Sequence record: NC_019401.1
Strand: one strand, 5' to 3'
DNA: 64,000 nt
In this document: in pieces, positions 48,855 through 57,499 of the stretch
Numbering within the stretch: the stretch's first letter is position 1
Layout of the letters: each line of letters begins with the position of its first letter
Translations under genes and position numbers: made by a program
Notes under the pieces: model-generated
The model's input: the letters and a program-made list of their open reading frames with translations, nothing else
Told to the model about the DNA's origin: nothing
Database searches by the model: none

Positions 48855-49715
48855 ATGGCAATTAAACCAAAACGCAAGAAGTACTTGAACAATGCGGATT
48901 TGCTAAGAGAAATTCACATCAGTAAAATGTCATATTGTTGGGTTCTAGACGATGCTTACAGTATGTATGATTATATCGTCTTTGACGAATCCGAAATTAC
49001 TGAAGAATTACTTGAACTGGCAGCACTAGAGCGAATCAAACGCTTAAATTCCAGTACTTTAGATAAAATACGTGCAGAACATGCTTTCACTGCCAAGAAA
49101 GCTAAAGAATATGCTGAAGAACAAAGTCTTTTTCTACATGATGTTCCTCTAGATGAGGTTGTTATTCGAGTTATTACGAATGAACACATTCCTTTCATCG
49201 AAGGTTCTAATGGAGAGAAAAAAGTTCGTACCATTTTTGAACCATTCAAGCATTACATCGTAGATAGTACTGGTGAACTTTATGAAGTTGCTAGGTCACA
49301 TTGGCGTGGTAATTTGGAAAATGGGGAATTTAGCCAAAATCATGGCAGACAAACTAATGAACTAGGTAAAATGTTCATTAAACTTGCTGAAGAAATTTCA
49401 CATAAGCCTAATTATCGAAATTATACGTACTTAGATGAAATGATGGGTGATGCTAGAATACAATTAGTCAAGAATGCACTACTATTCAATGAAAGTATCT
49501 TGTACAAAAAGGTAAAACCAGCAGTTCAGCTTAATCCTTTCGCATATTATACTTCGTTTGTCAACAATGCGTTCCGTTCAGTACTTAATGCTGAAAAGAA
49601 TGTACGTAACATCCGTGATGACTTATTAGAATTACAGGGTTTTAACCCAAGTCATACAAGACAAATCGAAATTGAAATGAAAATGCTAGAAAGGAAGCAA
49701 AATGGCACTATTTGA
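48855..49715 (+). CDS. Late-transcription sigma factor (T4 gp55-like)
   Basis: YLNNADLL.EI; LG.MF.K.AE..S.KPNY.NYTY.DEM; NPFAYYT..VNNAF motifs; adjacent to gp47/gp46 as in T4. Confidence 0.9.
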   Translation: MAIKPKRKKYLNNADLLREIHISKMSYCWVLDDAYSMYDYIVFDESEITEELLELAALERIKRLNSSTLDKIRAEHAFTAKKAKEYAEEQSLFLHDVPLDEVVIRVITNEHIPFIEGSNGEKKVRTIFEPFKHYIVDSTGELYEVARSHWRGNLENGEFSQNHGRQTNELGKMFIKLAEEISHKPNYRNYTYLDEMMGDARIQLVKNALLFNESILYKKVKPAVQLNPFAYYTSFVNNAFRSVLNAEKNVRNIRDDLLELQGFNPSHTRQIEIEMKMLERKQNGTI

Positions 49716-50733
49716 TAAAGCGATTATCTTTACTGATATTCACTTAGGTTTAAAAAACAATAGTAAAGAGCATAATATCGATTGTGTTGACTTTGTTCAG
49801 TTCATGATCGACGAAGCTCAAAAGCGAGATATTAAAACTTGCATCTTTATGGGAGATTTCTTCCACAATCGTAGTAATATTAACATCCATACACTAGATT
49901 ACGGTTTACTCATCATGAATATGTTGAATTCGTACTTTGATATTACCTACTTCTTAGTTGGTAACCATGACATGTACTATAAAAACAAGCGTGATGTTAC
50001 AAGTATCAATATGGCACAAGCATTTGACAAGATTCACTTCGTCAATAACATTGAAACCGTTGATGACTGTACTTTTATTCCATTTCTAGTTGATGATGAG
50101 TACAAACAGCTTCCTTCAATAAAAAGTAAGTATGTTTTTGGTCACTTAGAACTCCCTGGTTATCTTTTGAACAAGATGGTAGTAATGCCAGACCACGGAA
50201 AAGAGACTGAAGAATCATTTGGTGGATGTGAATATGTCTTTAGTGGACATTTCCATAAGAGACAAGCTAAAGTTACATCAAAAGGTACTAAAATTTTATA
50301 TACTGGTAACTGCTTCCCACATAACTTCTCAGATACATGGGATGATGCACGTGGTATCATGTTCTTAGAACATGGTGGCGAACCAGAATTCAAAATGTGG
50401 CCTGGTGCTCCGAAATATCGGCACTTTACCTTATCAGAACTTCTATCTGAACCAACATATTATCTAGAAGACAACGTTGTTGCTAAAATTCAGATAGATA
50501 TTCCAATTACAATGGATGAGATTGCTTTTATTCGTGAAACTTTTACTAAATTGTATAAGATTCGTGAATTTAACATCATACCTGGCAAGAAACTAGTTGA
50601 AAACAACTTCAGTAATGAGAATTTTGAAACCACTACTGAAACTGTCGATGAAATTGTTATTGCACAGATTAAAGAAAACAAATCTAACGTAATTGACAAT
50701 GAACTGTTGATTCAACTTTATCTATCACTATAA
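49702..50733 (+). CDS. Recombination nuclease subunit (gp47, Mre11/SbcD-like)
   Basis: Metallophosphoesterase motifs DIHLG, GDFFH, GNHD, GHL and SGHFH. Confidence 0.93.
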   Translation: MALFDKAIIFTDIHLGLKNNSKEHNIDCVDFVQFMIDEAQKRDIKTCIFMGDFFHNRSNINIHTLDYGLLIMNMLNSYFDITYFLVGNHDMYYKNKRDVTSINMAQAFDKIHFVNNIETVDDCTFIPFLVDDEYKQLPSIKSKYVFGHLELPGYLLNKMVVMPDHGKETEESFGGCEYVFSGHFHKRQAKVTSKGTKILYTGNCFPHNFSDTWDDARGIMFLEHGGEPEFKMWPGAPKYRHFTLSELLSEPTYYLEDNVVAKIQIDIPITMDEIAFIRETFTKLYKIREFNIIPGKKLVENNFSNENFETTTETVDEIVIAQIKENKSNVIDNELLIQLYLSL

Positions 50734-50745
50734 TTGGAGGCAAGG

Positions 50746-52887
50746 ATGCTATCTATTAAACGTATTTCGATGCGTAATTTCTTTTCATTTGGTAATGCAC
50801 CACAAGTTTTAGAACTAGATAGTACTGACCTTGCGTTGGTACTCGGTCAAAATAATGATGCATCAGTCGGCGATGATGCTGCTGGACGCCGTAACGGTGT
50901 TGGTAAGTCAGCTATCATTCAAGGAATCGTGTTCGGATTATACGGAAAAAGTATTGGTAATGATATTAAAATTCCTAACTTAGTTAATAAAATTAATGCT
51001 AAGAATTGCGAAGTCATTATCGATTTTGAAAAAGATGGCGTAGAATATCGTATTGAACGTGGGCGTAATCCCACGTTTTTTAATTTTCTAACGCTAGGAA
51101 CCGAACAAAACGTAGTTGATGATTCTCGTGGTGAAAAGAAAGATACACAAGAAGACTTAAATGAAATTCTTGGAATCTCTCAGTTACTATTTGAGCACAT
51201 CGTAGTATTGAATGCTAACGTAGAACCATTCCTATCACTTTCACAACAGAAACAACGTGAAATGATTGAAGAATTACTTGGTATCACTCAACTAACAGAG
51301 AAAGCAAATCTCTTAAAGGATATGTACAAGGAAACTAAACGTCAAGCAGATCAAGAGAAGTTCAAGATCGAGACAATTACAGAATCCAATAAACGTATTC
51401 AACAAAGTATTGAGTCGTTACAGACTCGTGCTAACGAATTTGAGCAAAAGAAAGCACAAACTATTAAAGATTTAACTGATAATCTAAAAGATTTTGAAGG
51501 TGTAGATTTTAATCATCTATTTGTACTAGCTGAACAAATGGAAGCTGCTATTGCACATAATAATGCACGTGAACAACTTGAAAACCGAGTTAATCAGCTT
51601 GCAGTTAAGCACGAAGAATACTCAATGTCACTTCAAGCAAAGAAAGATGCAGTACTGAAACAAATTGAAGACTTATCTAAGTTAGATATTGATGCAGAAC
51701 TATCTTTACACGAAGAATTAGAGATGTGGAACACGCTAGACCAGATGTTAAAAGAGTCTTTGAATACTAAACGTTTTAAAGAACAACAAATCAAGTCCGT
51801 TTCAGAAAAACTAAAGCTTCAGAACACCAGTTTAGCAAGTACCAAACTTAATATGGCTACCCTAGCTGATAATAAATGTCCTATGTGTCAGTCTGAACTG
51901 GAAAAATCACATAGCCATGATGAAATGATAAAGAAATCTGAGGAAACTATTAAAGAATTAGAAGAAAGTATTAAAGTACTTGAATCTGAGCTTCAAACAT
52001 TGCAAAATGAAGTTCAAGAGTTAGAAATCTTTGATATGCCAGAAAAACCTAAGACTTTTTATCCTTCAATTTCTGAAGCTAAGCTTCATGAACACAAATT
52101 GGAAGAATTGAAGAAGCAATGTGCTGGTGATGACATTAATATCTATGATGAGGAACTAATGACTGCATTTGCAGAGTTAGAAAGCACTGAGTTAATGGAT
52201 GTTCCTGAAGTTTACAGTACTGATGAGGTGAAAGACCTTAAACGTGCATATGATTCATACATTACTTCATTAGATCGTGAGAAAAATTCTCAAAACCCAT
52301 TCTTTGAACAAATTGAAACTCTCAAAACGAATTCAATTCAAAGTGTGGACTATGATGAATACAATAAGCTAGTCAAACTTGCTGACCATCAGGATTATTT
52401 GACTAAACTACTAATGAACAAAGATTCGTTCGTTCGCCGCCGCATTATTGACCAGAATATTTCATTCTTGAACTCAAGATTGCAGTACTGGATCGATAAA
52501 TCCGGTTCACAACATACTGTTGAATTCCTAAATGACCTAAGTGTAGATATTAACCTAAACGGACAGTCATATGACTTTAAACAGTTGTCTCGTGGTGAAC
52601 GTACTCGTGTAATCATTGCGTTGAACCTAGCGTTCCGAGATACTTACGAGTCACTTTATCAAGGAATCAACATTCTTCTAGTTGATGAGCTACTTGATAA
52701 TGGTTTGGATTCTGGTGGTATTGAATGTTCATGGCATATGCTTCAAGATTTGAGTGCAATCCGTGGTAAGAATATCTTTGTTGTTTCACACCGTGAAGAA
52801 TTGGTGAATCGTGCTAGTTCTATTCTACGTGTTGTAAAAGAAGATAGTTTCAGTACTATGGAATTCTGCGACGTATTAGACCTATAA
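50746..52887 (+). CDS. Recombination ATPase subunit (gp46, Rad50/SbcC-like)
   Basis: Walker A RNGVGKS; coiled coils with CPMC zinc hook; LSRGE signature; LVDE; VSH; ATG at 50746 with SD GGAGG. Confidence 0.93.
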   Translation: MLSIKRISMRNFFSFGNAPQVLELDSTDLALVLGQNNDASVGDDAAGRRNGVGKSAIIQGIVFGLYGKSIGNDIKIPNLVNKINAKNCEVIIDFEKDGVEYRIERGRNPTFFNFLTLGTEQNVVDDSRGEKKDTQEDLNEILGISQLLFEHIVVLNANVEPFLSLSQQKQREMIEELLGITQLTEKANLLKDMYKETKRQADQEKFKIETITESNKRIQQSIESLQTRANEFEQKKAQTIKDLTDNLKDFEGVDFNHLFVLAEQMEAAIAHNNAREQLENRVNQLAVKHEEYSMSLQAKKDAVLKQIEDLSKLDIDAELSLHEELEMWNTLDQMLKESLNTKRFKEQQIKSVSEKLKLQNTSLASTKLNMATLADNKCPMCQSELEKSHSHDEMIKKSEETIKELEESIKVLESELQTLQNEVQELEIFDMPEKPKTFYPSISEAKLHEHKLEELKKQCAGDDINIYDEELMTAFAELESTELMDVPEVYSTDEVKDLKRAYDSYITSLDREKNSQNPFFEQIETLKTNSIQSVDYDEYNKLVKLADHQDYLTKLLMNKDSFVRRRIIDQNISFLNSRLQYWIDKSGSQHTVEFLNDLSVDINLNGQSYDFKQLSRGERTRVIIALNLAFRDTYESLYQGINILLVDELLDNGLDSGGIECSWHMLQDLSAIRGKNIFVVSHREELVNRASSILRVVKEDSFSTMEFCDVLDL

Positions 52888-52890
52888 ACA

Positions 52891-52917
52891 AAAAGGAGCC
52901 ATTAGGCTCCTTTTTTT
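52891..52917. terminator. Bidirectional intrinsic terminator
   Basis: AAAAGGAGCC-ATTA-GGCTCCTTTT; the stop of the - strand gene lies in the loop. Confidence 0.9.
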
Positions 52918-53396
52918 ATATCATTCATTTTAAGTAATCCATCACGTATAAGTTTACGTGCCTGATTTGCTCTCTTTTTAGTATTTGATTCTGGAACCAA
53001 ACCGAAAGATTCCAAAATTGTACATTGTTGTGTTGCTGGGAGGTTTTTAAATTTTTTCACATCAACAGTAAGTGCAGTATGATGAATTACTTGTTCATCT
53101 TCTGGAGTTTTCTCGTTACGCTCTATATAATCTGCTAAATTTCTCAGTACTTCATATACTGGTTTATCTGTTAAGTGACCCAAGCACCTCTTAAAGCTGT
53201 TAACAACTCTGCCCTCCCACCCATTGACTTCATTTTGGAGAACTTCACGACAATGTTGATTTCCTGAGTGTTGGTGATCTAGAACTGGCTTAGTTATTTC
53301 TATTCCAATAATAGGGTCAATATTTTTTTGTTTTTTCAAAAGTTCGTTGCGGTAAGTCGCCGCTTCTTTTGGATTTTTTAATCTTTTCTTTGCCAT
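52902..53396 (-). CDS. Endonuclease VII (T4 gp49)-like junction resolvase
   Basis: VLDHQH, R.VL...N..EG, L.NL..Y and IH match the Endo VII pattern; zinc-binding Cys pairs absent. Confidence 0.7.
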   Translation of the reverse strand: MAKKRLKNPKEAATYRNELLKKQKNIDPIIGIEITKPVLDHQHSGNQHCREVLQNEVNGWEGRVVNSFKRCLGHLTDKPVYEVLRNLADYIERNEKTPEDEQVIHHTALTVDVKKFKNLPATQQCTILESFGLVPESNTKKRANQARKLIRDGLLKMNDIKKGA

Positions 53397-53436
53397 AGAT
53401 ACCCCAATAACGATTCCATGTAGTATTTAATAATTT

Positions 53437-53465
53437 TGGAACATTAATGAAAATTGTGGTATAAT
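53437..53465 (+). promoter_or_regulatory. Early/middle-type promoter TGGAAC-N17-TATAAT with no downstream protein gene
   Basis: TGGAAC 53437-53442 and TGTGGTATAAT 53455-53465. Confidence 0.8.
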
Positions 53466-53471
53466 ATGTTA

Positions 53472-54195
53472 GTAAAACCCTGCTTGGCGGTACGAAAGTA
53501 CTGACAAAATAAACCTGATCCTATCGAAAATGTAGATGGCAGATGAGAAGTTCAAGCAGTTCGCAGTGCAGAAGACACCCGTTAGGAGATGGCATAGTTT
53601 GTACCACCCACGGCAATACGGCACTATAAAGAAGTACACTAGACTGATAGTACTTCCTCGATAGATATATAGGTTCGCACCCTACCAATAAGTTAAGGGA
53701 GTTTATCTGGATGATAAATTTTGCGATCAATTTTTATACAATATTGATCCGTCCAAATTTCCAGATGAATAGGTACTGAGTTTGATTGTATAGACTTAGT
53801 GCTGAGTGTGGTTAGCCCACGACCGTTACTATATGAACTGCGATAGAGAGAAACAGAGTAACCCGCTTTCGTTCTACCTTGTAGAAATTCGCAATACAAT
53901 GAATCGACGACTATCATCGTCAGATATAAATCAGTACTTTAAATAGTACTTTTTTACGCCTTCATTCCCCTGCGGGGGGATGATAGAATCTCTACAAATC
54001 TCGTCAGTAATAAATGTGTTTAACGTAACAGTACAACAGATAGATAATTGAATTGAGTTGTTTCAGTACAAACGAAGTGCAGTACAGAACAACGAAAATT
54101 CTTTGACATTCGAAGAATGGCAAATCTCAATCATTCAGTACAGTTAGAACAGTTAAGAATTTTAGACACAAAAAAAACCAGCACTAAGGCTGGTT
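53472..54195 (+). ncRNA. Candidate large structured non-coding RNA (unknown family); alternatively an origin/primer transcript
   Basis: ~730 nt without a credible ORF in an otherwise densely coding genome; own promoter; at least 10 stems, a GAAA tetraloop and G-U pairs on the + strand; terminator-like hairpins at 53933-53955 and 54176-54195. Confidence 0.65.
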
Positions 54196-54196
54196 C
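54170..54196. terminator. Intrinsic terminator (clear for the - strand, weaker U-tract for +)
   Basis: A8-AACCAGC-ACTAAG-GCTGGTT-CTT. Confidence 0.75.
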
Positions 54197-54200
54197 TTAA

Positions 54201-54377
54201 TTATTTCTTATTTTCCTTTTTGACCTTCTTGTTATATTGCTTCACCAACAGGTCACGGTCAGTCACAGGCATATTGAGTAGCATCTCATAGCTAGTATTC
54301 TCAATGTATACAGAAACCTCCATTAATCCACTTTTAATATCTTCACAGTTCAAACGAAGGTCTGCGATTTCCTGCAT
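54201..54377 (-). CDS. gp51-like baseplate hub / tail assembly chaperone extension (58 aa; absent from the ORF track)
   Basis: My translation: MQEIADLRLNCEDIKSGLMEVSVYIENTSYEMLLNMPVTDRDLLVKQYNKKVKKENKK; LLNMP..DR resembles gp51-type proteins; frame open back to the slippery site. Confidence 0.7.
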   Translation of the reverse strand: MQEIADLRLNCEDIKSGLMEVSVYIENTSYEMLLNMPVTDRDLLVKQYNKKVKKENKK

Positions 54378-54397
54378 AATTTCTTCAGGACTAGAAA

Positions 54398-55255
54398 TTA
54401 GAAGCTTTGTACGAAAAAATTGCTAGGATCAAATTGTAGATTTTCAAGTGTCCATTCATGACCACAGCTTGAACATCCTACTTCCATCTCATGACTCACA
54501 CCAACATTATTAATAAAATCGCTTTTTTCACGAATTTGTTTTAAAATAAATGCTGGCTGTTCACCTAACCATTCTGCAATAAATTCACGTTCAGTAATTT
54601 TAGTACCATCTACAGTTTCAACACTTTCAATGTTTGCTACAATCATTTCAAAGCTAAGTTTTGTCATTGATTCAAAAATAGTACTGAAATGTTCCATTTT
54701 TTCCTCATCACTCATATCTTCTAAATCTTCAAGCATACGTGCTTTCTTTTGTTCTTGGAACATTCTTTGACCGAATGCGGAATATTCTTCCCAAGTATGT
54801 GGTTTGAATTTCAAAAGCAATCCACCAACTTCTTCTAGAAGTAATTCAGGTTGTTCTTCAAGAAGCTCAGCACTATCAAGTAAGAATTGTAGGTCACGTT
54901 CAAAAGCACCATGATGACCACATTCAGGACAATCAACTTCAATATGATATTCACGTTCTTTTGTTGCTAATTTAATTCCGATAAGTAAAAGTTCTACATC
55001 TGGAACATATAACTTACGAGCATCTTCAATATTAGGAACGCAGTTTTCAATAACACTTGCAACTGCTTCACCATTCATTAGTGCATCTGGATTATTAAAC
55101 ATTAATTCATCACGTGCTGAACGTGCACAAATACCACATTCAACTGTATCATTCACTAAAACACCTGAAGGATATTTGATTACATCATTACTTATCAACT
55201 TAGTATAAAGTACTTCAACTTTTGTATACTTTGACAAAGGGTTCATCTTATTCAT
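54398..55255 (-). CDS. Baseplate hub assembly protein (T4 gp26-like)
   Basis: SARDEL....PDAL..G.A...VI..C.P, D...LL..I..AT, CP.CG and C..CG motifs; ends NFF. Confidence 0.8.
   Translation of the reverse strand: MNKMNPLSKYTKVEVLYTKLISNDVIKYPSGVLVNDTVECGICARSARDELMFNNPDALMNGEAVASVIENCVPNIEDARKLYVPDVELLLIGIKLATKEREYHIEVDCPECGHHGAFERDLQFLLDSAELLEEQPELLLEEVGGLLLKFKPHTWEEYSAFGQRMFQEQKKARMLEDLEDMSDEEKMEHFSTIFESMTKLSFEMIVANIESVETVDGTKITEREFIAEWLGEQPAFILKQIREKSDFINNVGVSHEMEVGCSSCGHEWTLENLQFDPSNFFVQSF
54413..54419 (-). other. Predicted -1 programmed frameshift site (U UUU UUC)
   Basis: Heptamer at the N-F-F codons of the gp26-like gene; the -1 frame reads FFRTKLLISSPEEIMQE... into the 54201-54377 ORF. 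Confidence 0.6.
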
Positions 55256-55266
55256 ATCGACTCCAT

Positions 55267-55307
55267 AATAAATACGACTATACTATATTTTGTATTAGTT
55301 ATTTATA
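55267..55307. promoter_or_regulatory. Face-to-face late promoters for the gp26-like (-) and tape measure (+) genes
   Basis: AATAAATA on + at 55267-55274 and TATAAATA on - at 55300-55307. Confidence 0.7.
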
Positions 55308-55318
55308 AGGAAAATCAC

Positions 55319-57481
55319 ATGGCAGGATTAGGCTCTGATTACATTCAACAACAATTGTTGGATCAAAGTGTTGCTATGAATGATAATTTAAGTGCGATGC
55401 GTACCATACTTCTTGATATAGAGAAGAATACTAAAAATGGAAGTGGTTCAGGCGGATCAGGTGGTGGAAGTGGTAACCCAGGAAACCGCGACCGTGATCG
55501 TCGTGGCGGTGGTAATGGTGGAAATCCATTCAAGGATGCATTTAAAGATTTATTCGGCGAAGTAAACAATGTGAGTAGAACTATTTTAGGTAATAATGGT
55601 TCCATTCAGAATACCGTAGGTGCACTATCAACCTCTGCTGGTGCATTACGATCTACTTTCAGTAAATTACCTGGCCCGATTGGATTAGCAGCAAATGCAT
55701 TTTTAGGCATTGTTGAAGTTGGTGGTAAAGTATACGAGTACTTGAACGAACAATTAAACATGTATAATCAAATAAACAGTGCTGGTATTTCGTTAGCAGA
55801 TGGTATGTTAACTGTACGTAAAGGTTCCGGTGCTGCATTCATGAGTATTAATGAATTCAGTGCAGCTATTTCAAAGAACAGTGATGCTCTTGCTGCAATG
55901 GAAGGTCAGTACGGTGATGGTGTAGAACACTTTGGTAAATTACTAAATACCGTCCAACTTACTCAAGAAAAACTTGGATTATACGGTGTATCGGCACAAC
56001 AATTGGCTGATATTACTGCTAAAAACTACAAATTCGAAAGAATGTATTCCGGTCAACAACAGATTCGGAATATGAATGAGGCACAAAGTACTACTTCGTT
56101 TGTTCAACAAATGACTTACTTGAGTAAGACTGTAGGTAAAAGTGTAGACGAACTTATTTCTAAATTTGCCAATATGGGTGATAATTTAGATTCAAACACT
56201 GCAATAGATGCGTTACAGAATAACTTTGGTTTATCTGAATCAAAAGCTTCTGAAGTAACTAAATCTATGAACTCGATATTTGCAAGTATGGGTGCTGCTG
56301 GGGAAACTTTACAAAAGTTAAACTCAAGTAAATTAGCAGATAACATGCTACCGGAAGAATTTAACAATCAGTTTACTCAATTATATACAGACAAGTTAAG
56401 AGAATTACAAGCAGCCGGAATTACTGATGAAAAAGTTCTTCGTAGAGCAATGTCTCAGTACGTTAAAGAACATGAAGGGCAATTGCAAACAGAAATTCAG
56501 GCACAGCGTCGTATTGGTAACGTGGCGGCAGCACAATGGTTGTCACAATTAAAAAATATTGAACGAGTATTAAACGACCCTAAAAATCAGCCAAGCCCAA
56601 TTATTGAATCATTTACTAACCGATTTAATTTATGGATAGGTAAAACATTTACTGAACCATTTAATAAATTTTATACTGAAACGGCTGAGAAAGCAGCGAC
56701 ATATCTATCTAATCTGGCAGATAACAGTACTGATGCATGGGATTTCATGTCTAAATTAACTACTGATGCATTTACTAAATTTAATGCAGGTATGCTTGGG
56801 CCATTTGGTGCGTTAGCTAATATTCCAAATAGACTTATGGAATCTATTTTCGGTGAAAGTTGGAATAAAGTAGCTGATGCGTTTGGTAATTTAGCGGGTG
56901 ATATTGTCCAGATTCCTATTCGTTTAGGAAAATTGATTTGGGAAATGTTTACTGGATCAGAATCTGAAGTAGATGCTGCTGGCAAAGAATTAATGGGTTC
57001 CATTAAGAGAATATTCAAGGATGTTATTGGTGTATTCACTAAGATTGGTAGTTTAAGTATCAATTTTGATGATGTTAAGAAAGGATTCACTGAAGCAATT
57101 GAATCTTTAAAGAATAAGTTCACTAATTTGTGGAGTAGGATTAAAAACTGGTGGTCAGATTCATCTGATGAAGAACCAGAATCAAAACAAAGTCCATCTT
57201 CACCACCAGTAACCCCTACGCCAACGGCTAGTCAGCCAAAAACCGCAGGTGTTCAGAAAGTCACTGCTCCACCAGAGTATACTAAGCCTGAAAAAATTGA
57301 GCAAGCAGAACAAACCGCACCTCAAGAAATTCAGACTGCACAAAATAACTCAAATGAAGGTATGAATAAGCTTCTTCAGGCAATACTAAATAACCTAGAA
57401 GCTCAATCACAGAATAATAGCCAAGCCGCTATTATCTTACGTCAGATAGCTGAGAATACTGAACCACCTCGAAATGTATAA
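55319..57481 (+). CDS. Tape measure / baseplate hub protein (gp29-like)
   Basis: 720 aa, helical and A/G/S/L-rich, with F/W-spaced repeats and a P/Q-rich tail; next to the gp26-like chaperone and portal. Confidence 0.65.
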   Translation: MAGLGSDYIQQQLLDQSVAMNDNLSAMRTILLDIEKNTKNGSGSGGSGGGSGNPGNRDRDRRGGGNGGNPFKDAFKDLFGEVNNVSRTILGNNGSIQNTVGALSTSAGALRSTFSKLPGPIGLAANAFLGIVEVGGKVYEYLNEQLNMYNQINSAGISLADGMLTVRKGSGAAFMSINEFSAAISKNSDALAAMEGQYGDGVEHFGKLLNTVQLTQEKLGLYGVSAQQLADITAKNYKFERMYSGQQQIRNMNEAQSTTSFVQQMTYLSKTVGKSVDELISKFANMGDNLDSNTAIDALQNNFGLSESKASEVTKSMNSIFASMGAAGETLQKLNSSKLADNMLPEEFNNQFTQLYTDKLRELQAAGITDEKVLRRAMSQYVKEHEGQLQTEIQAQRRIGNVAAAQWLSQLKNIERVLNDPKNQPSPIIESFTNRFNLWIGKTFTEPFNKFYTETAEKAATYLSNLADNSTDAWDFMSKLTTDAFTKFNAGMLGPFGALANIPNRLMESIFGESWNKVADAFGNLAGDIVQIPIRLGKLIWEMFTGSESEVDAAGKELMGSIKRIFKDVIGVFTKIGSLSINFDDVKKGFTEAIESLKNKFTNLWSRIKNWWSDSSDEEPESKQSPSSPPVTPTPTASQPKTAGVQKVTAPPEYTKPEKIEQAEQTAPQEIQTAQNNSNEGMNKLLQAILNNLEAQSQNNSQAAIILRQIAENTEPPRNV

Positions 57482-57499
57482 TGGAGTTACATAAAATTT

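Noticed and set aside
53521-53917. Two short - strand ORFs (69 and 74 aa) inside the ORF-free region
   Set aside because: One starts at TTG, neither has an SD, composition and codon use are atypical, they overlap each other, and promoter and G-U evidence point to the + strand
53472-54195. Possible group I intron, tmRNA, RNase P RNA or tRNA
   Set aside because: AGACT and AGATATA fragments occur, but there is no complementary P7 (GACUA/UAGUC) and no interrupted host gene; no GGGGCUG...CCACCA ends, no GAGGAAAGUCC, no cloverleaf
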